NCBI GenBank assembly: GCA_038870635.1
Contig: JAVZJR010000004.1
Span: 32,001 to 96,000 of the forward strand
Origin: Candidatus Bilamarchaeaceae archaeon
GTDB taxonomy: Archaea; Micrarchaeota; Micrarchaeia; Anstonellales; Bilamarchaeaceae
Length of the DNA stretch: 64,000 nt
Direction of reading: 5' to 3'
In this document: piece by piece, positions 19,650 through 29,731 of the stretch
Position numbering within the stretch: position 1 is the first letter of the stretch
Layout: the number at the start of each line of letters is the position of its first letter
Made by a program: the position numbers and the translations under genes
The notes under the pieces: model-generated
The model's database searches: none
Told to the model about the DNA's origin: nothing
Seen by the model: only the letters and a program-made list of their open reading frames with translations

Positions 19650-20351
19650 ATGAAGGCTATAGTTTTAGCTGGTGGCGAGGGAACTAGGCTAAGGCCTTAT
19701 ACTTATGAAACACCAAAACCAATGTTACCGATAGGGGAAGAAAAAAAACCTATTCTTTATTATGTTTTGTTAAACTTAAAGCGCGCAGGAATAAAGGATA
19801 TAATAATAACGGTGGGTTATAAACATGAAAAAATTATAAAATATTTTGGTGATGGAAGTAAATTTGGTTTAAATATTTCTTACTCTATTGAGAAGGAGAA
19901 ATTAAATACTGCTGGTTCTATTTTACCTCTTAAAGATAAACTAAAAGAATCCTTTGTGGTGGTGATGGGCGACCACATAACAAACATAAACATTAAAGAA
20001 CTGGTTGATAGCCACAAGAAAAGCAAGTGTATCTCTACTATTGCTTTGCTAAAGGGAAAGATACCTATAGAATATGGCGTGGCGGAAGTAAAAGATGGAA
20101 GGGTAGTTAAGTTTGAAGAAAAACCAGCCATAGAAAAGCTTTATAACACCGCGATATATGTTTTTGAGCCCGAGATTTTCGATTATATTAAAGAAAAAGA
20201 AGATTTCGCTAAAAATGTTTTTCCGCGATTGCTTGAGAAAAAAATACCGATAAATGCATACATATTTGAAGGTCTTTGGTATGATATTGGCAGAGTGGTT
20301 GATTACGAGAAACTTAAAAAAGAATTGAAGATGTCTGAGATTTTTAAATAA
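19650..20351 (+). CDS. Sugar-phosphate nucleotidyltransferase
   Basis: LAGGEGTRLRPYT..PKPMLP and WYDIG motifs. Confidence 0.92.
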   Translation: MKAIVLAGGEGTRLRPYTYETPKPMLPIGEEKKPILYYVLLNLKRAGIKDIIITVGYKHEKIIKYFGDGSKFGLNISYSIEKEKLNTAGSILPLKDKLKESFVVVMGDHITNINIKELVDSHKKSKCISTIALLKGKIPIEYGVAEVKDGRVVKFEEKPAIEKLYNTAIYVFEPEIFDYIKEKEDFAKNVFPRLLEKKIPINAYIFEGLWYDIGRVVDYEKLKKELKMSEIFK

Positions 20352-21336
20352 TATTTCCAAAAACGCCGGCGTACACCAAAACGACAATTGCTATTAGGAT
20401 TTCAAACGTAACTAAAACTCTAACTAAATTTTGTTCGCTTATTCCGTTAAAAACTTTCATAATTAACTGGCAAAGGCCCCGTACTTTTCCTCCTACTGGG
20501 TAAAGTTTTCCATTTCTATATTCGCCCCACCATTCTTTGCTTGGGAACTTGTTTGCTAATTTTATAAAAAAATCAATTACATATGGAATAAGTAAAAGCG
20601 CGCCTATACTTTCCATATTTCCTATTATTACACCCGCGGCAAGAGTTGCACCTATTGACAGATTCCCAACATCACCAGGAAATGCTTTGGATGGGTAACG
20701 GTTGAAGATGTAGAAAGCAAAAAGAGCACCCAAAAAGGATATAAACATAAAGAGAGAAACTGTTTTACCAGAAAATGCTGCGATTATAGAAGCCGTGGTA
20801 AAGATTACAATGCCCAAACTGCTTTCCAATCCATTAAAACCTCCGAGCATATTTGTAAGATTGGATGCAACTGCTATCCCTATAGGCACTAAAACTAAAA
20901 GATAGAAAATACCAAAATCAACACTTCCAATGAGAGGGAGGGTTATCTCTGTGCTGCCTGCTGCTCTTAATGCTATTAGAGGAATTGCGGCGAACAAAGG
21001 AAGAAATGCTTTAACATATTGTGGTATATCAACTAAATCGTCTACTATCCCTATGAATGCTACTGAATGAACAACTATTAAACCAGCCAATAAATAAATG
21101 AGGTTTAATTCAAAATCAAAAAAAGTGTTGAGAATTATAGTGAGTAAAATCCCGGCCGTAAATCCAGCTATCATTGTTATACCGCCCATTTCTGCAACTT
21201 CTGGTTTAGCAGGTTTGTTTACGTCTTTTCCTACGATGCCGAATCTTTTAAGCCTCGGAATTAAAATACTCCCAAATCCAAATGTAGTAGCAAATGAAAT
21301 TAATAAAACAAGTAGATATGCTATTAAACCATCCAT
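20344..21336 (-). CDS. Glycosyltransferase family 4 (GPT/AglH-like UDP-GlcNAc:polyprenyl-phosphate transferase)
   Basis: GKDVNK, EMGG, GIVDD, NMLGGFNGLE and FPGDVG motifs. Confidence 0.9.
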   Translation of the reverse strand: MDGLIAYLLVLLISFATTFGFGSILIPRLKRFGIVGKDVNKPAKPEVAEMGGITMIAGFTAGILLTIILNTFFDFELNLIYLLAGLIVVHSVAFIGIVDDLVDIPQYVKAFLPLFAAIPLIALRAAGSTEITLPLIGSVDFGIFYLLVLVPIGIAVASNLTNMLGGFNGLESSLGIVIFTTASIIAAFSGKTVSLFMFISFLGALFAFYIFNRYPSKAFPGDVGNLSIGATLAAGVIIGNMESIGALLLIPYVIDFFIKLANKFPSKEWWGEYRNGKLYPVGGKVRGLCQLIMKVFNGISEQNLVRVLVTFEILIAIVVLVYAGVFGNII

Positions 21337-21337
21337 T

Positions 21338-22588
21338 TTATCTACCTCTTATTTTGTTTAAAATTTCCTTTGCAAAGTCCACGGAGAAATTTTTTTCTTC
21401 AGCCAATCTTTGCGCAACAGCGTCTATTTCTTCTGTTGTGTTGGCGCCTGCTAATACAGCAATATTTCTCGCATGGAGCTTCATGTGGCCTGCTTGTATC
21501 CCTACTGTTGAAAGGGCGTATAGGGCTGCAAAATTGTTTGCCAAACCAACACAAGCCATTGTCATTGCTAGTTCTCTTGCACTTTTTATTCCTAAAATTT
21601 TCAAAGCGATACGCGCTGTTGGATTGGTATTTATTGCACCACCAAAAATACCAACCGCTAAAGGTAGCTCTATTGTGCCTTTTAGGTGGCCCTCTGGCGT
21701 TTTTTCAAATTTAGTTAATGGATGGTATCCTCCGATAGATGCAAACGCATGCGCGCCTGCTTCTATCGCTCTCCAATCTTGCCCACAAGCAAGCGCTACT
21801 GCATCTATTCCATTCATTATTCCTTTATTGTGCGTTGCGCACCTGTAAATGTCCACTACTGCTAATTCATAACCATCTAATATAGCTTCTATCGCTTCTT
21901 CGCCGATGACTTCTTTTTTCCAAATTGCACTTGCTCTAACCTTTCGCTTTACCGCAAGATTACTCAATATTCTAAGTCTTGCTTTTCCTTTACTGTAGTT
22001 TTCTAGCGTTGGCGCTATTCCTTCTAATATTGTGTTAATTGTGTTAGCACCCATAACATCTTTTACATCAATGTAAAAATAACAAACAAGCATTTCTCCC
22101 CGGCTAGTCCTTATTTTTTTTACTTCAAAATCTTTTATACCGCCCCAATAAGCAGGATTACCTTTGTAGAGTGCTGTTGCAATTTTTATTATTTCATCTT
22201 TTTTATTTTCAAGTTCTTTTTTTGCCTTTGTCGCATTTTTAAGCTGTACTAATTGCACTTCACCTATCATGATAGACTCGTCTGCATCTGCGCTAAATCC
22301 TTCAGGTAATGCTAGTTTGGCGGCTTTGCATGCTCCAGCTACCACGGATGGTTCTTCTAATGCCATAGGTATTAAAACTTCCTTACCGTTTATCTTAAAA
22401 TTTGTAGCGACTCCAAAAGGCAGATGCATTACTCCAATCACATTTTCTATCATTCTGTCAGCTATTTCGATTTCTAAGGCACCTGTTTTTTGTAATAATT
22501 CTATTTCATTTTCACTTAACTGTGTTTTTTCTTTTATTATTTTCACTCTTTCTTTTACTGTTAGCTTGTAAAAACCAGATAACTCCAT
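21338..22588 (-). CDS. mvaA: HMG-CoA reductase, class II
   Basis: ENVIG, EEPSVVA, DVMGAN, THNKGIMNG and GHMKLH motifs; likely start 22588. Confidence 0.95.
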   Translation of the reverse strand: MELSGFYKLTVKERVKIIKEKTQLSENEIELLQKTGALEIEIADRMIENVIGVMHLPFGVATNFKINGKEVLIPMALEEPSVVAGACKAAKLALPEGFSADADESIMIGEVQLVQLKNATKAKKELENKKDEIIKIATALYKGNPAYWGGIKDFEVKKIRTSRGEMLVCYFYIDVKDVMGANTINTILEGIAPTLENYSKGKARLRILSNLAVKRKVRASAIWKKEVIGEEAIEAILDGYELAVVDIYRCATHNKGIMNGIDAVALACGQDWRAIEAGAHAFASIGGYHPLTKFEKTPEGHLKGTIELPLAVGIFGGAINTNPTARIALKILGIKSARELAMTMACVGLANNFAALYALSTVGIQAGHMKLHARNIAVLAGANTTEEIDAVAQRLAEEKNFSVDFAKEILNKIRGR

Positions 22589-22592
22589 CCTA

Positions 22593-23039
22593 TCACTCTC
22601 TCGCAAGCCGCGCGCATACGCGTTCAATATTTTTAAAGATTTCACTACTTCTTTTTTCATATATTTTTTTGAATATTTCTGCTAAATTTTGAGTACTTTC
22701 ATCCCCAAAAAAATATTCTCCTTTTTTACGATTTATTATACCATTTTCTTTTAATCTTTCAAGATGATAATAAATTGCTTTAATGTTCTTTTCTGTGGCA
22801 CCACTCTTCATCATTTTGTCTATTATATCTTTTGTTGTTGGTTTTTTGCCAGCAAAATGAAAATAAAGCAAAGTGTCAAGTAAATCTATGATGATTGTTC
22901 TACTCTCATTTGGGTTTATTAAACCTAAAGAAAGTGCGAGCCATCTTACTATTGATTTTCTTGCTAGTAGAACTTCCTCGGGAAGAGCCAACTCCCTCAA
23001 AAGTATTTCTGACTTTATCAGTTTTGATTCTGGTATCAT
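22593..23039 (-). CDS. Winged-helix DNA-binding protein (conserved archaeal hypothetical)
   Basis: WLALSLGL and IYYHLERLKENGII wHTH-like segment. Confidence 0.7.
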   Translation of the reverse strand: MIPESKLIKSEILLRELALPEEVLLARKSIVRWLALSLGLINPNESRTIIIDLLDTLLYFHFAGKKPTTKDIIDKMMKSGATEKNIKAIYYHLERLKENGIINRKKGEYFFGDESTQNLAEIFKKIYEKRSSEIFKNIERVCARLARE

Positions 23040-23104
23040 GGGTATTTTTCGATGTAATGGCTTAAAAATGTAGTGCAATATGTGTTTAACCAAAAGGTGG
23101 TTTA

Positions 23105-23476
23105 ATGGTTGAACTTTCTGCGCGTGTGCACCCTGATGTGCTTTTTGCTTATTCGCAAAACTTTGTTAATTTAATAATACGTGTAGAGAATCATGACCCT
23201 TCTCTATTTTGGTGCGAAATAGATATTAAGGTTCCTGAAAGCCTTTCGCTAAGTCCAACAAGCGACTTACAAAAAGGAAGAGTAAGGGTTGGTATACTCA
23301 CAAAAAAAGAATTTATAGAGAAATTAGTTAAGATATTCGCTAATCAATATACTCCCCCACAAATCTACCCAATAATTATTACTCTTTATCTTTTTAATAA
23401 AGACGGAGTAATCGAAAGTAGGCTGGAAAAAAAAATAGAGATTAGATGTGAAGTAAAAAAAGAAGAAACACTATAG
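23105..23476 (+). CDS. Hypothetical protein
   Basis: 123-aa ORF preceded by an AGGTGG SD. Confidence 0.7.
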   Translation: MVELSARVHPDVLFAYSQNFVNLIIRVENHDPSLFWCEIDIKVPESLSLSPTSDLQKGRVRVGILTKKEFIEKLVKIFANQYTPPQIYPIIITLYLFNKDGVIESRLEKKIEIRCEVKKEETL

Positions 23477-23478
23477 TT

Positions 23479-24270
23479 CTAATTCTTTTTAGGCTTTCTT
23501 ACCTTTTTTTTTATTTTTTTCTCAACGGCTGTTTTTTCCTCTTTTGCAGCACTTTCTTTTTTTGTTTCTTCAGGTTTTTGTTCAGGTTTTTGCTCTTCTT
23601 CTTTTTGAGTTATCTCCTCTTCTTTTATCGTTTGTTCTTTTTCTTTTTTCTCAATCTTGGTGTCATATTCTTCAAGTTTTTCAAAGAAGTTTATATCGTA
23701 CTTAAATTCATTATATGATTTTATTTTTCCTTGAGAAAGCATAACCTCTCGTGCTAGTATGTAAAATAACAATGCAAGCGACCTTCTTCCCTTATTGTTT
23801 ATCGGTATAATTAAGTCTACAAATTTTGTTTCGTTATCAGTGTCGCATAGTGCAATTATAGGAACACCATTTTTTGCAGATTCCATAATCGCTTCTCGTT
23901 CTCCTTTTGGGTCGCATACAAGTATTAACTTTGGTTCTTGAAATTGCTTTGAGGAAAGGTTCGTGGTTGTGCCAGGAACAAATCGTCCTTGCAGTACGGG
24001 TATGCCTGTGAGTTTTGAGAATTTGCTTGCTGCATTACTTGAATAAACACGTGAAGCTACAATGAGTATGTCCGAAGGGGAGTATTTTGTTAGCAATTTC
24101 GCAGCAGCCATTATTCTCTCTGCAGTTTTTGTTAAATCTAATATATAGAGTCCATCATCTCTTTTCTTGAATATAAATTTCTTCATATCGTTTGTTTTTA
24201 TCCTCGTTCCTATATGTACCCCTGCTTCCAAGAACATATCTTGGCTTACAGGCAAACCTGTTTTTTCCAT
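23479..24270 (-). CDS. rps2: 30S ribosomal protein uS2
   Basis: LEAGVHIGT, GRFVPGT and NNKGRRSL motifs; true start 24270, since the tracked upstream extension lies in tRNA-Pro. Confidence 0.96.
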   Translation of the reverse strand: MEKTGLPVSQDMFLEAGVHIGTRIKTNDMKKFIFKKRDDGLYILDLTKTAERIMAAAKLLTKYSPSDILIVASRVYSSNAASKFSKLTGIPVLQGRFVPGTTTNLSSKQFQEPKLILVCDPKGEREAIMESAKNGVPIIALCDTDNETKFVDLIIPINNKGRRSLALLFYILAREVMLSQGKIKSYNEFKYDINFFEKLEEYDTKIEKKEKEQTIKEEEITQKEEEQKPEQKPEETKKESAAKEEKTAVEKKIKKKVRKPKKN

Positions 24271-24307
24271 ATCCTTATCACCCTCAATGTTCCTTACATC
24301 AAAACAA

Positions 24308-24426
24308 TGGGGCCGCTGAGATTTATTCCACCTCTTTATTGAGGCACCAAGCACCAAAAAAGAGGCGCTTGAACTCAGATAACAAGCACCCCAAGCTTGC
24401 AGGATACCAGGTTACCTCACGGCCCC
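24308..24426 (-). tRNA. tRNA-Pro(GGG) with 46-nt intron in the T-loop (58/59; intron 24323..24368)
   Basis: GGGGCCG/CGGCCCC acceptor; CAAGC-TT-GGG-GT-GCTTG anticodon arm; BHB GTTC/GAAT with AAG and AAA bulges. Confidence 0.93.
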
Positions 24427-24433
24427 TTAAACA

Positions 24434-24628
24434 TTACACCCGTGGATATTTTATTATTGTATCCACCACATCTACGTGAGTTAAGAACATTCTTCTGCAA
24501 CAGTATCTGTTTATTCCTAATTCGTCCATTGCTATCTCTGGACCTTTTTCAGCAGCCAATTTTTTGTAGTCTGAATATAAATGACCAATTACACTTCCAC
24601 AGGTAAAACATCTAACAGGAAATTCCAT
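24434..24628 (-). CDS. rpoN: RNA polymerase subunit Rpo10 (RpoN)
   Basis: PVRCFTCG...RYCCRRM. Confidence 0.97.
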   Translation of the reverse strand: MEFPVRCFTCGSVIGHLYSDYKKLAAEKGPEIAMDELGINRYCCRRMFLTHVDVVDTIIKYPRV

Positions 24629-24638
24629 TTTATCACCA

Positions 24639-25091
24639 TTATCTGTAGGATTTTTGGTATCTTGCTCTCGCTTTTGGTCCTTTGAATTTCTTTGGTTCCA
24701 CTCTTCTTGAATCTTCAACTATCAAAGAGCGGTCGATTTCTTCGAATTTCTTTTTAAGTTCATTGCTGTTAAAATAGCCAACAAGTGCTTTTGCTATTGC
24801 TGTTCTTGCTGCTTGAGCTTGTCCCATCACTCCGCCGCCATAAACATTAACTGCTATGTCTATTGAATTTGCTTCTGGACCTAAATATTTCAAAGGTTCT
24901 GCTATAATTTCTTTTATATATTTATTATTGAATGATTCCAGTAAGATATTATTCATTCTTATTTTACCACTCCCTGGTGTTACAACTGCGCGTGCAACAC
25001 TTGTTTTTCTTTTTCCACGCGCTAAAAACGCTTTTTCTTTTTCTCTTTTTTTACTTTTCTTTTTAGTTTTTTTCTCAGTCATTATTATCAC
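24639..25091 (-). CDS. rps9: 30S ribosomal protein uS9
   Basis: GKRKTSVARA, GGGVMGQA and C-terminal QKSYR. Confidence 0.97.
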   Translation of the reverse strand: MIIMTEKKTKKKSKKREKEKAFLARGKRKTSVARAVVTPGSGKIRMNNILLESFNNKYIKEIIAEPLKYLGPEANSIDIAVNVYGGGVMGQAQAARTAIAKALVGYFNSNELKKKFEEIDRSLIVEDSRRVEPKKFKGPKARARYQKSYR

Positions 25092-25504
25092 CCTTTATAT
25101 CCTAATGATTTGCATAACTCCTCTATTGTGATGTGTTTTGCGATTCCATCATACTTTTCAGATTCTATTTGATTAGTGGCTGTAAGATTTTTAGGATTAC
25201 CGCTATAAAATATTATTCTTTTATACGCTTCTTTTCCTCTTTTTGTTTTCCAAGGTAGCATTCCTCTTATCATTCTTTTAACAAGGAGATGTGGTACTCT
25301 TGGCCATTTTGCTGCGTGTTCAGGGTTAGCTTTATTTACTTGTCGTCTTCTTTTGAGGAATTTTTCAACTATTGATTTCTGATTTCCTATTATAACAAAC
25401 TTTTCTGCGTTTATTACATGAATTTCTTCGCCAGAAAGTGCTTTTTTTGCTATTTTTGTCGCTATTCTTCCGAAAATATAATCTGTCGCGTCTATGACAA
25501 TCAT
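25088..25504 (-). CDS. rpl13: 50S ribosomal protein uL13
   Basis: IDA...GRIA, INAEK and RMIRGMLP motifs. Confidence 0.96.
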   Translation of the reverse strand: MIVIDATDYIFGRIATKIAKKALSGEEIHVINAEKFVIIGNQKSIVEKFLKRRRQVNKANPEHAAKWPRVPHLLVKRMIRGMLPWKTKRGKEAYKRIIFYSGNPKNLTATNQIESEKYDGIAKHITIEELCKSLGYKG

Positions 25505-25512
25505 ACAACCAC

Positions 25513-25884
25513 CTAAACTATTAATAAAATATCTTTTCCAGCAGGATTGATTTTGTATAATGACTCTATTGACATCGTTTTTCCACCTGCCGCTTCTATG
25601 GCTTTTTTTGCGCTTTCGCTGAATGCAAATGCGGCCACAGTTAATTCTCTGGTTATCCTGCCGGCCCCAAGAACTTTTCCAGGCACTATGACGTTTTTAC
25701 CTGATTCGCAATATTTTTCTAGTTTACTTATATTTACTTCTACTCTTTTTCTTCTTGGCTTTGATAGCTCATATGCTACCTTTTGCCATATTGGTTTTTT
25801 TTCTTTCCTTAAATTTTCAATCAAAGAAATCAAGAATGGATTTTCCTTTCTTGACTTAACCTTTTCTATGTCTGCTTTTTTCAT
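25513..25884 (-). CDS. rpl18e: 50S ribosomal protein eL18
   Basis: [15 protein letters not shown] and FSESA motifs. Confidence 0.96.
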   Translation of the reverse strand: MKKADIEKVKSRKENPFLISLIENLRKEKKPIWQKVAYELSKPRRKRVEVNISKLEKYCESGKNVIVPGKVLGAGRITRELTVAAFAFSESAKKAIEAAGGKTMSIESLYKINPAGKDILLIV

Positions 25885-25989
25885 AAAATCACCGGCTCGC
25901 GCGGATTTTTTAATCCGACTAAAACGCCGTTAGTAGAATTTATCTTAGAAAGTTTTTTAAATGTGCCCACAGGCTATTATTTGGTATTT

Positions 25990-28557
25990 ATGGAGAATCC
26001 AAAAGGTTTATCTAGTGCGGAAGCAAAGAGATTGCTTGAAAAGTTTGGGCCTAATTCTTTACCTGAGAAAAAAAGAAGACCGTTGTGGAAATTGTTTCTT
26101 GATCAATTTCAAGATACAATGATCATTGTTCTTATTATTGCTGCTATCATTTCTTATCTTCTGGGCGAAGCAACAGATGCATTTCTTATCATTTTTATAG
26201 TTTTATTAAACGGTGTATTAGGCTTTGTGCAAGAGTATAAAGCGGAGCAAGCATTCAAAGCTTTAAAAGCAATGCTCACGCAAAATGCTCGGGTATGGCG
26301 TGATGGTAAGCTAAAGTCTATTGATGTTAAAGAAATAGTCCCCGGTGATTTGGTACTTTTAGAAGCAGGCGACCGTGTTCCAGCCGATGGGGTTTTTGTT
26401 GAAGGTTTTTCTTTTGCATGTGATGAAGCAATGCTCACTGGTGAATCCGTGCCTGTACATAAAAAGAAAGATGACCGCGTTTTTATGGGAACGACTTGTT
26501 TATCTGGAAAAGGGCATATTTTGGTTGATAAGACAGGTGCTGCTACTGATGTGGGAAGGGTGGCGGAGTTAGTGCAGGAAGTCGAAGAGGAAAGAACCCC
26601 ATTAGAAGTTGATTTTGAAAAACTCGGAAAATCTATTGCAATAGGCGTATTGGTCCTTTGTTTTTTTATTTTTGTTGCGGGGGTTCTACATGGTTTTGAA
26701 ATATTTGAAATGTTTATAACCTCTATTAGTTTAGCCGTTGCGGCTATTCCTGAAGGCTTACCTGCTGTGTTAACCATAATCTTAGCCGTTGGAGTACAAA
26801 GAATGGCAAAAAGAAAGGCTTTGATAAGAAAATTAAAAGCAGTTGAGACTCTTGGTTGTACTACAGTTATCGCAACAGATAAGACTGGTACACTTACACG
26901 AAATGAAATGGTCGTTAAAAAAATTTATGTGAACAATCGCCTTATTGATGTTGACGGGATTGGTTATACACCAAAAGGCAACTTTTACGAGAAAGGAAAA
27001 AAAATAACTATCGGTAAAGATGAAGAATTACTTTTAAGGATAGGGCTTCTTTGTAATTCATCATACTTGCGAGATGATGAAAAAAAAGGATGGCATATTA
27101 TAGGAGATTCAACAGAAGGGGCTCTTGTAGTGCTTGCAGCAAAGGCAGATATGTGGAAAGACGATGCCTCTAAAAATTTTCCAGAAGTGGCAGTTTTCCC
27201 ATTTGATTCTGAAAGAAAAAGAATGACAACAATACATAAAATTGAGAAAGGACGGGTAGCATATTCAAAAGGTGCGCCCGAATCTATCATATCTGTTTCA
27301 TCTTTTATATTAAAAAATAGCAAAAAAGTAAAACTAACACAAAAAGACAAAGAAGAAGTGCTAAACCTTGCAAATTCATTTGCTTCAGACGGTTATCGTG
27401 TACTTGCGTTTGCTTATCGTGAAATTGACCATATCGAACTTTCTGCAGATAAAGTTGAAAAGGATCTTGTATTTATCGGCCTGGCCGCAATGATAGACGC
27501 TCCCAGGCAAGAAGTAAAGGACGCCGTAGCTATGTGTAAATCTGCGGGTATAAAAGTAATCATGATAACTGGCGACCATCCATTAACTGCTAAGAATATA
27601 GCTGCTTATCTTGGCTTTTTTAATGGTAAGATGATGACGGGGGAGCAACTTGATAAAATAGGTGAAGATGAACTTCTTTCCATTGTTGATGAAGTTTCAG
27701 TGTATGCAAGAGTAAATCCTACTCATAAGTTGCGTATAGTTGAAGCATTGAAAAGAAAAGGACATGTTGTTGCGGTTACTGGTGATGGAGTTAACGATGC
27801 ACCAGCACTTAAAAAAGCAGATATAGGAATAGCGATGGGCATTACAGGCACTGATGTTTCAAAAGAAAGTGCAGATATGGTCCTTAACGATGATAATTTC
27901 TCTACTATTGTTGCTGCTGTTGAAGAAGGTCGTGGCGTTTACGATAACATCAAAAAAACCATCACTTACCTGTTTTCTGGGAATATAGCGGAAGTAGCAA
28001 TAATATTTTTTGCTATAATGCTAGGTTTTCCGCTTCCACTTCTTGCCTTCCAAATACTATGGATAAACTTAATAACTGATGGTCTTCCTGCTCTTGCTTT
28101 GGCAGTGGAACCTATTGAGAAAGATGTGATGAAAAGAAAGCCGAGAAGTAGAAACGAATCAGTATGGAAGGATACCTATTTGTTTATCGTTGAAGCTCCA
28201 CTTTTGCTTACAGCTATGTGTCTAGGCATATTCTTTTTTGAGCTTACATACGTAAATGATTTAGTAAGGGCTCAAACAATGGTTTTCACCATGCTTATTA
28301 TGGGCGAAAAATTGCTTGCTTTTAGTGTGCGTCATTTAAATAAAACAGTAATTAATGATCTATTCTCAAATAAATGGTTAGTTCTTTTAGTAATCGTAAC
28401 TACATTAATTCATTTTGCTATATTGTACGTTGAAGATTTATCTCATATATTTAAAGTGGTGCCTCTCACTCTGTTTGATTGGGGGCTTATTTTTGTTTTT
28501 TCCTTTATCTTATTTTCTTACATAGAGCTTAGAAAATGGTTGTCTTATAAAAAATAA
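25990..28557 (+). CDS. P-type IIA (Ca2+-type) cation-transporting ATPase
   Basis: TGES, IPEGLP, DKTGTLT, KGAPE, TGDGVND and WINLITDG motifs. Confidence 0.95.
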   Translation: MENPKGLSSAEAKRLLEKFGPNSLPEKKRRPLWKLFLDQFQDTMIIVLIIAAIISYLLGEATDAFLIIFIVLLNGVLGFVQEYKAEQAFKALKAMLTQNARVWRDGKLKSIDVKEIVPGDLVLLEAGDRVPADGVFVEGFSFACDEAMLTGESVPVHKKKDDRVFMGTTCLSGKGHILVDKTGAATDVGRVAELVQEVEEERTPLEVDFEKLGKSIAIGVLVLCFFIFVAGVLHGFEIFEMFITSISLAVAAIPEGLPAVLTIILAVGVQRMAKRKALIRKLKAVETLGCTTVIATDKTGTLTRNEMVVKKIYVNNRLIDVDGIGYTPKGNFYEKGKKITIGKDEELLLRIGLLCNSSYLRDDEKKGWHIIGDSTEGALVVLAAKADMWKDDASKNFPEVAVFPFDSERKRMTTIHKIEKGRVAYSKGAPESIISVSSFILKNSKKVKLTQKDKEEVLNLANSFASDGYRVLAFAYREIDHIELSADKVEKDLVFIGLAAMIDAPRQEVKDAVAMCKSAGIKVIMITGDHPLTAKNIAAYLGFFNGKMMTGEQLDKIGEDELLSIVDEVSVYARVNPTHKLRIVEALKRKGHVVAVTGDGVNDAPALKKADIGIAMGITGTDVSKESADMVLNDDNFSTIVAAVEEGRGVYDNIKKTITYLFSGNIAEVAIIFFAIMLGFPLPLLAFQILWINLITDGLPALALAVEPIEKDVMKRKPRSRNESVWKDTYLFIVEAPLLLTAMCLGIFFFELTYVNDLVRAQTMVFTMLIMGEKLLAFSVRHLNKTVINDLFSNKWLVLLVIVTTLIHFAILYVEDLSHIFKVVPLTLFDWGLIFVFSFILFSYIELRKWLSYKK

Positions 28558-28575
28558 TGAGTATGGATGGTATAT

Positions 28576-28725
28576 ATGGAAATCGCAGGGCTATGTGGAA
28601 TATGCAAAAAACCCGCAAGGGCTTTGATTTCGTGTATGCTATGTGGCAAGTTAGTTTGCGCGCTATGCCATTTCCAAGGTGTGTGTAAGGATTGTAGCAA
28701 AGGTCGCCATCTGAATCAGAGGTAG
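28576..28725 (+). CDS. Small zinc-finger protein (4 x CxxC)
   Basis: Manual ORF MEIAGLCGICKKPARALISCMLCGKLVCALCHFQGVCKDCSKGRHLNQR. Confidence 0.8.
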   Translation: MEIAGLCGICKKPARALISCMLCGKLVCALCHFQGVCKDCSKGRHLNQR

Positions 28726-28728
28726 AAT

Positions 28729-29679
28729 ATGTTTTTTTTAGATCTTGCGCTTTTGTTGTTTTTTATTTTCGTTCTATCCAAAACGGCAGACTTCGCAGTT
28801 GAAAACGCCGTAAAGATTTCTAGCTTTATTGGTTTGTCTAAACTTGCAGTTGGTTTGTTTTTAGTTTCAGTTCTTACCACTTTGCCAGAATTCACTGTAT
28901 CTGTTTTATCTTCTTTGGCCGGTGCTGGAGAGATCGCAGCCGGTAATGTTTTCGGTTCTGTGGTGACTAATCTTATTCTTGTCTTAGGCTTTAGCGGTTT
29001 CCTGCACGGTGTAAAATTTAGTAAAAACGAAATAAAAGAAATTTTTATTGCAATATTGCTGATTTTTGCGATTTCAGTTTATGTCTTATTTGGAATTTTT
29101 TTGAAAGATATAACACTAGATTGGATAGAAGGAGTAGGGTTTCTTTTAGTTTTCATTTTTTATTTCACTCATTTTATCAAGAAAAAAAGTAGTGAAAACG
29201 ATTTGCACGTTGCAAAAAAAGAAGTTGCATTTTCTTTCATTATTTTTGTTTTTTCTATAATAGGTGTTATTTTGAGTTCAAATCTTTGTGTGGGATATGC
29301 ATTGAAGATTGTTGAAGAAAGCAACTTATCCTCTGCTTTTATAGGTCTTACAATAATCTCGATTGGTACATCATTGCCAGAACTTTCGGTGATATTGCAA
29401 GCAGCGAAAAGAAAAGAATATGGTGTTGCTGTTGGGAATAGTATTGGGAGTAGTATCATAAACATAACATTTATACTGGGTGCTTCTTCACTAATCCGAC
29501 CATTGGCTCTGCATTCAGTAACTTTGATCATCGGTGTTATATTTTCTATTATCGCTGCAGTTTTTTTGCTTTATTTTGGTGCGCACCGCCAAAATATAAG
29601 CAGAGGAAGTGGTCTAATTTTTCTCCTTTGTTACTTATTTTTCTTAGTTCTTCTTTTTTACTCAAATAACTATCTATGA
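28729..29679 (+). CDS. Na+/Ca2+ antiporter (CaCA family)
   Basis: Duplicated alpha-repeats TTLPE..GNVFGS and GTSLPE..GNSIGS. Confidence 0.92.
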   Translation: MFFLDLALLLFFIFVLSKTADFAVENAVKISSFIGLSKLAVGLFLVSVLTTLPEFTVSVLSSLAGAGEIAAGNVFGSVVTNLILVLGFSGFLHGVKFSKNEIKEIFIAILLIFAISVYVLFGIFLKDITLDWIEGVGFLLVFIFYFTHFIKKKSSENDLHVAKKEVAFSFIIFVFSIIGVILSSNLCVGYALKIVEESNLSSAFIGLTIISIGTSLPELSVILQAAKRKEYGVAVGNSIGSSIINITFILGASSLIRPLALHSVTLIIGVIFSIIAAVFLLYFGAHRQNISRGSGLIFLLCYLFFLVLLFYSNNYL

Positions 29680-29731
29680 CAAAAACATAGCATAGTTATA
29701 TAAATAGATTACATAAAACTAATATGCAGTT

